Positions 61,101 to 64,000 of a stretch of 64,000 nt of DNA are shown one piece after another; the first letter of the stretch is position 1; each line of letters begins with the position of its first letter. The stretch covers positions 19,764,642 to 19,828,641 of the forward strand of contig CP154954.1 of NCBI GenBank assembly GCA_039621445.1, read 5' to 3'. Made by a program: the position numbers and the translations under genes. Source of the DNA: Euglena gracilis. Lineage: Eukaryota. The notes beneath the pieces were generated by a model. It was not told the origin of the DNA. It was given only the letters and a program-made list of their open reading frames with translations, and made no database searches.

Positions 61101-63280
61101 TGGCATCCCGGCAGTGCCGGGAGTTGGATGGCTCAGCCGTGCCACCGCCTGGCACCGTTCAACGCCTCCGTGGTCTACCTCCGGATGTTCACCACGGAGG
61201 CAGCCAAACGGATCCCCGACGCCATGGCCGGCGCTCGCTCATTTTTCTTTCCGGGCGTGGTGAGTTGGTGCATGTGCCCGGTGGCGTGCGTGCGTCGCAG
61301 GTTTCAAGCGTTCCAGTAATGGTCCACATGAGCTGTATGATTTCCACAGCTTGTGAAACATAATGAAGGAGGTCCAAGGACAGAGGGTGAGCAGACTTCT
61401 TTTTTAAGGAAGTGCGCCCCCCCCCCCCCGGGAGGGACAGGCTGGGGGGGTGGGGGATTTTCGACCCCCCCCCGTGGGATCGCATTTTGGGGTGGGTAGT
61501 GCTATGGCACGCCCCCCGCCTGGCGCCAACGGTGCCGGGGCCCGAAAATGGCCATTTTCAAGGGACAATTGGCTTGGTCAGCAGTCACTGGGGTCCAGAT
61601 TAAGGGGGGGGTTCCTGCTATGGGCAGGCACCGCCCAGCGCAAGGCACCCCCTCCTCCCCCCGGGGGTTAACAAACAGGCAGCCTGAGGGTGAGGTTTCT
61701 GCCTCACCAAGGCCGCTCCGCAGCCTCTCTTCAGCAACGCTGCGCACTTGCATGCTGCGGCCTCGGAGGCTTGGCATGCACGCTCACCCCAGCTCTCCTC
61801 AGCACCCGCCGTGTCTCATGTCCCTGGACTATGTATACATCGACGCCCGGCACGACTACTGTGGGGTGATGGAGGACCTCCTAAGCAAGCACCTACAGCT
61901 AAAATGGCCTAAAATGGCCTAAAATGGCCTAAAATGGCCTAAAATGGCCTAAAATGGCCTTTTTGACCCCCTATAGGTGGGGGTCCCTAAAATGGCCTAA
62001 AATGGTCTAAAATGGCCTAAAATGGGAAAAATGCTGTTGCACAACACTTTTTTTTTGTGAACAACTGAATCCATTCAGGTAATGATTTTTGGTGTCTTTT
62101 GTTAATGTGGACGGCGAATGCTAATGTGGACGGTGAACAGTGCATTTGGTTGAAGAGCACAGCCCACAAAGCCCATTTTTCTTATCCCAATTAATATTAC
62201 TATCAGTCCCCAAATCCACGGCCCTCAAACGTCTTTTGGCGCTGAATTTTGAAGGTTTGGATAGCTGTATTTTGTGAAGATTTTCAGAGTGCTTCCCATT
62301 TCGGCAACTTTCAACAACCATTTGGCACACAGTATCAAACAGTTTTGAATACAACAACCAACCCAAAATGGCTAAAATTTTCCTAAAGTATGGTGAATAC
62401 AGCAAAATCGGACGAAAAATACGAAAACAGGAGAAAGGGTCGAAAACATATGTCATTGCTGCGGTCGTGGACCCCGCAGCACGTTGAAGACCCCTGCAAA
62501 GGGGGAATAAACAAAAAAAAACAGAATCAAGGAAGCGGTAAATATTCCATTCTGCTTCAAACGCCATGTTTGACAGAAATGTAACACAAAAATTGAATAA
62601 CTAACGTGATTTTCAGGAACTCAACGTTCATGAAGTAACACCAAATTGAAACGAAATGAACAGCATTGCGCCTTGCTTTCTTCTTCCAGGAGAAACAAGA
62701 GGACAGTGCAGGAAAACAGAACAAAGACAAGCTTAGAACAACAAACAAAGCGATCAAATTGGATTTCACCCAGCAACAGCATCATCTTTAAAAAAAAATG
62801 ACTTCTTTTTGCGAAATCCCGCAAAAATGGTGTTGATTTCACAAAATGCAAAAAGCCAGGCGCTGTTTTGGTAGCGCAAATAAAAACGTTTAATATTTTC
62901 CCAACATTTTTTTCTGAAAAATATTTTCACTGCTGTAAATTTGAACTGTTCAGAATTCCTGTATGGGTATGAATTAAGATTTGTTGAGCTTCCCATGGTT
63001 TTGATCCAGTGTTCATGAATTTCGCACGCTTTTTTGGCTGTACGTTTATTATCACTGAATAAGAGAAGGTTTGCATACGTTATGATACAGTTTTCGGGAC
63101 AAAAATAATGCAAATTTATGGTTTTCAGAATCCCCACCTGTGCCTTAAAATGGCCTGAAATGGCCTGAAATGGCCTAAAATGGGGAAATTTTTGGGCTTG
63201 ACTATAGGTGCTTGCTCCTGAGCTACTGGCCCAAGGTGCGGGTGGGGGGTATCTTCGCGGGGCATGACTTCTACTTTGCT
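58170..63280 (+). CDS. Class I SAM-dependent methyltransferase (Methyltransf_24-like) with N-terminal signal peptide; 3' end not resolved
   Basis: Exons 58170-~58276, ~58815-58886, ~59422-59501, 59966-60037, 61147-61220, 61818-61882, 63220-~63280 give MPTPGPPALLLALLLTLASC...VGAELGVQRGQFA...YYLVDLWQPQ...SLDYVYIDARHDYCGVMEDLLSYWPKVRVGGIFAGHDF. The ELGV-x-x-G, IDAxH-D-Y and GG-x-x-x-GHD motifs are typical of this family. Confidence 0.8.
59505..59960. mobile_element. TIR element forming nonconventional intron 59502-59965
   Basis: TIRs CAGGGCTG / CAGCCCCG; TSD GCCCCAGG / GCGCCAGG. Removal restores WQPQDNY. Confidence 0.78.
60041..61141. mobile_element. TIR element forming nonconventional intron 60038-61146
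   Basis: TIRs CACGGCTGGG / CTCAGCCGTG; TSD CCATCCCC / CCACCGCC (2 mismatches). Removal restores ARHRLAPF. Confidence 0.75.
61886..63214. mobile_element. TIR element forming nonconventional intron 61883-63219
   Basis: TIRs CAAGCACCTACAG / CTATAGGTGCTTG; TSD CTCCTAAG / CTCCTGAG; subterminal AAAATGGCCT tandem arrays near both ends. Removal restores EDLLSYWP. Confidence 0.85.
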
Positions 63281-64000
63281 GGCCACTTCCTCCTGGGGAA
63301 AGACGACTGGCGGGGCGATCTTTTCGGTGCTGTTTTCCACGTGCAACCTTTTCCTCGATTTTTTCAAGTCATTTGTTGCGTCTGCTCTTGTGCCTCTAAA
63401 AGCGAATTTCCTTTTATTTACACTTTCAAGAACCAGAGAGGAGAATTTTGGTTGGTTTGTTGCCAGATGACAGTAAAAGGTATTCCTTGGCAGTCCTGGA
63501 AAATGAGGCTCATTGCCCTGGCAACCCAACAATCCCATCTCGATGTCCATGAAAAAGCTGCACAGCTGTGGTTAGGGTTCGGGTTAAACCCTAACCCTAA
63601 CCCTAACTTGGTCCCTCGAAAGCGCCACTTTTCGGTGCCGATCCGAACCCTGACCCCATCCCTCCAATTAAACGCGGAATCTCCGCATCCAACCATTTCT
63701 GGATCCGGCGCAATTCTGGGGCACCGCGGGACCGAAACAAGGGGAACGTCGGACACGGGGGTGCACCTGCCCCTTGCCAACAGTCAAATATCCCCTGATC
63801 TGGCAAGTGCATGTTTTTTTTTGCTGGTTTCTTTGTGATCCGGGTTGAATATTATTTTACAAATGTCAGATTCCACCCCCCCCCGGGGGGGCTTGGCCCA
63901 CGCCATGATTGACTGTAAGGCTGGGGGCCAAGTTTGCATGTAGAAGGGGGGCAAGTGCCTGGGGGGGGGAGGTCGAGCGGGGTGGGGAAGGGCGCCCCCC

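Noticed and set aside
63587-63607. (CCCTAA)3 as a telomere
   Set aside because: Only about three units, embedded in an interspersed repeat that also occurs near 53520.

Overview
Eukaryotic nuclear DNA, most likely euglenid (Euglena-like): GT-AG introns are mixed with non-GT-AG structured introns showing the euglenid +4 CAG / -8..-6 CTG pattern, and many donors read GTGTG or GTGCG. By manual splicing I reconstructed three head-to-tail + strand genes. (1) A ~28-exon, ~893-aa secreted or lysosomal trefoil+GH31 alpha-glucosidase-like protein (16923-47802) whose catalytic nucleophile motif WIDMNEP reads WLKANAP. (2) A signal-peptide protein with DUF4397-like repeats (from 49284). (3) A Methyltransf_24-like SAM methyltransferase (from 58170). 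The rest is densely nested MITEs with CA(G/A/T)...(C/T/A)TG termini and 8-bp target-site duplications (TSDs), a decayed hAT transposase, microsatellites and one tRNA-like gene. Main observation: at least nine nonconventional introns are themselves TIR elements flanked by 8-bp TSDs. The known euglenid splice register (3 nt before the left TIR, 5 nt after the right TIR) removes the element plus exactly one TSD copy, pointing to hAT-type MITEs acting as scar-free introners. All gene models are hand-made, with no transcript evidence.
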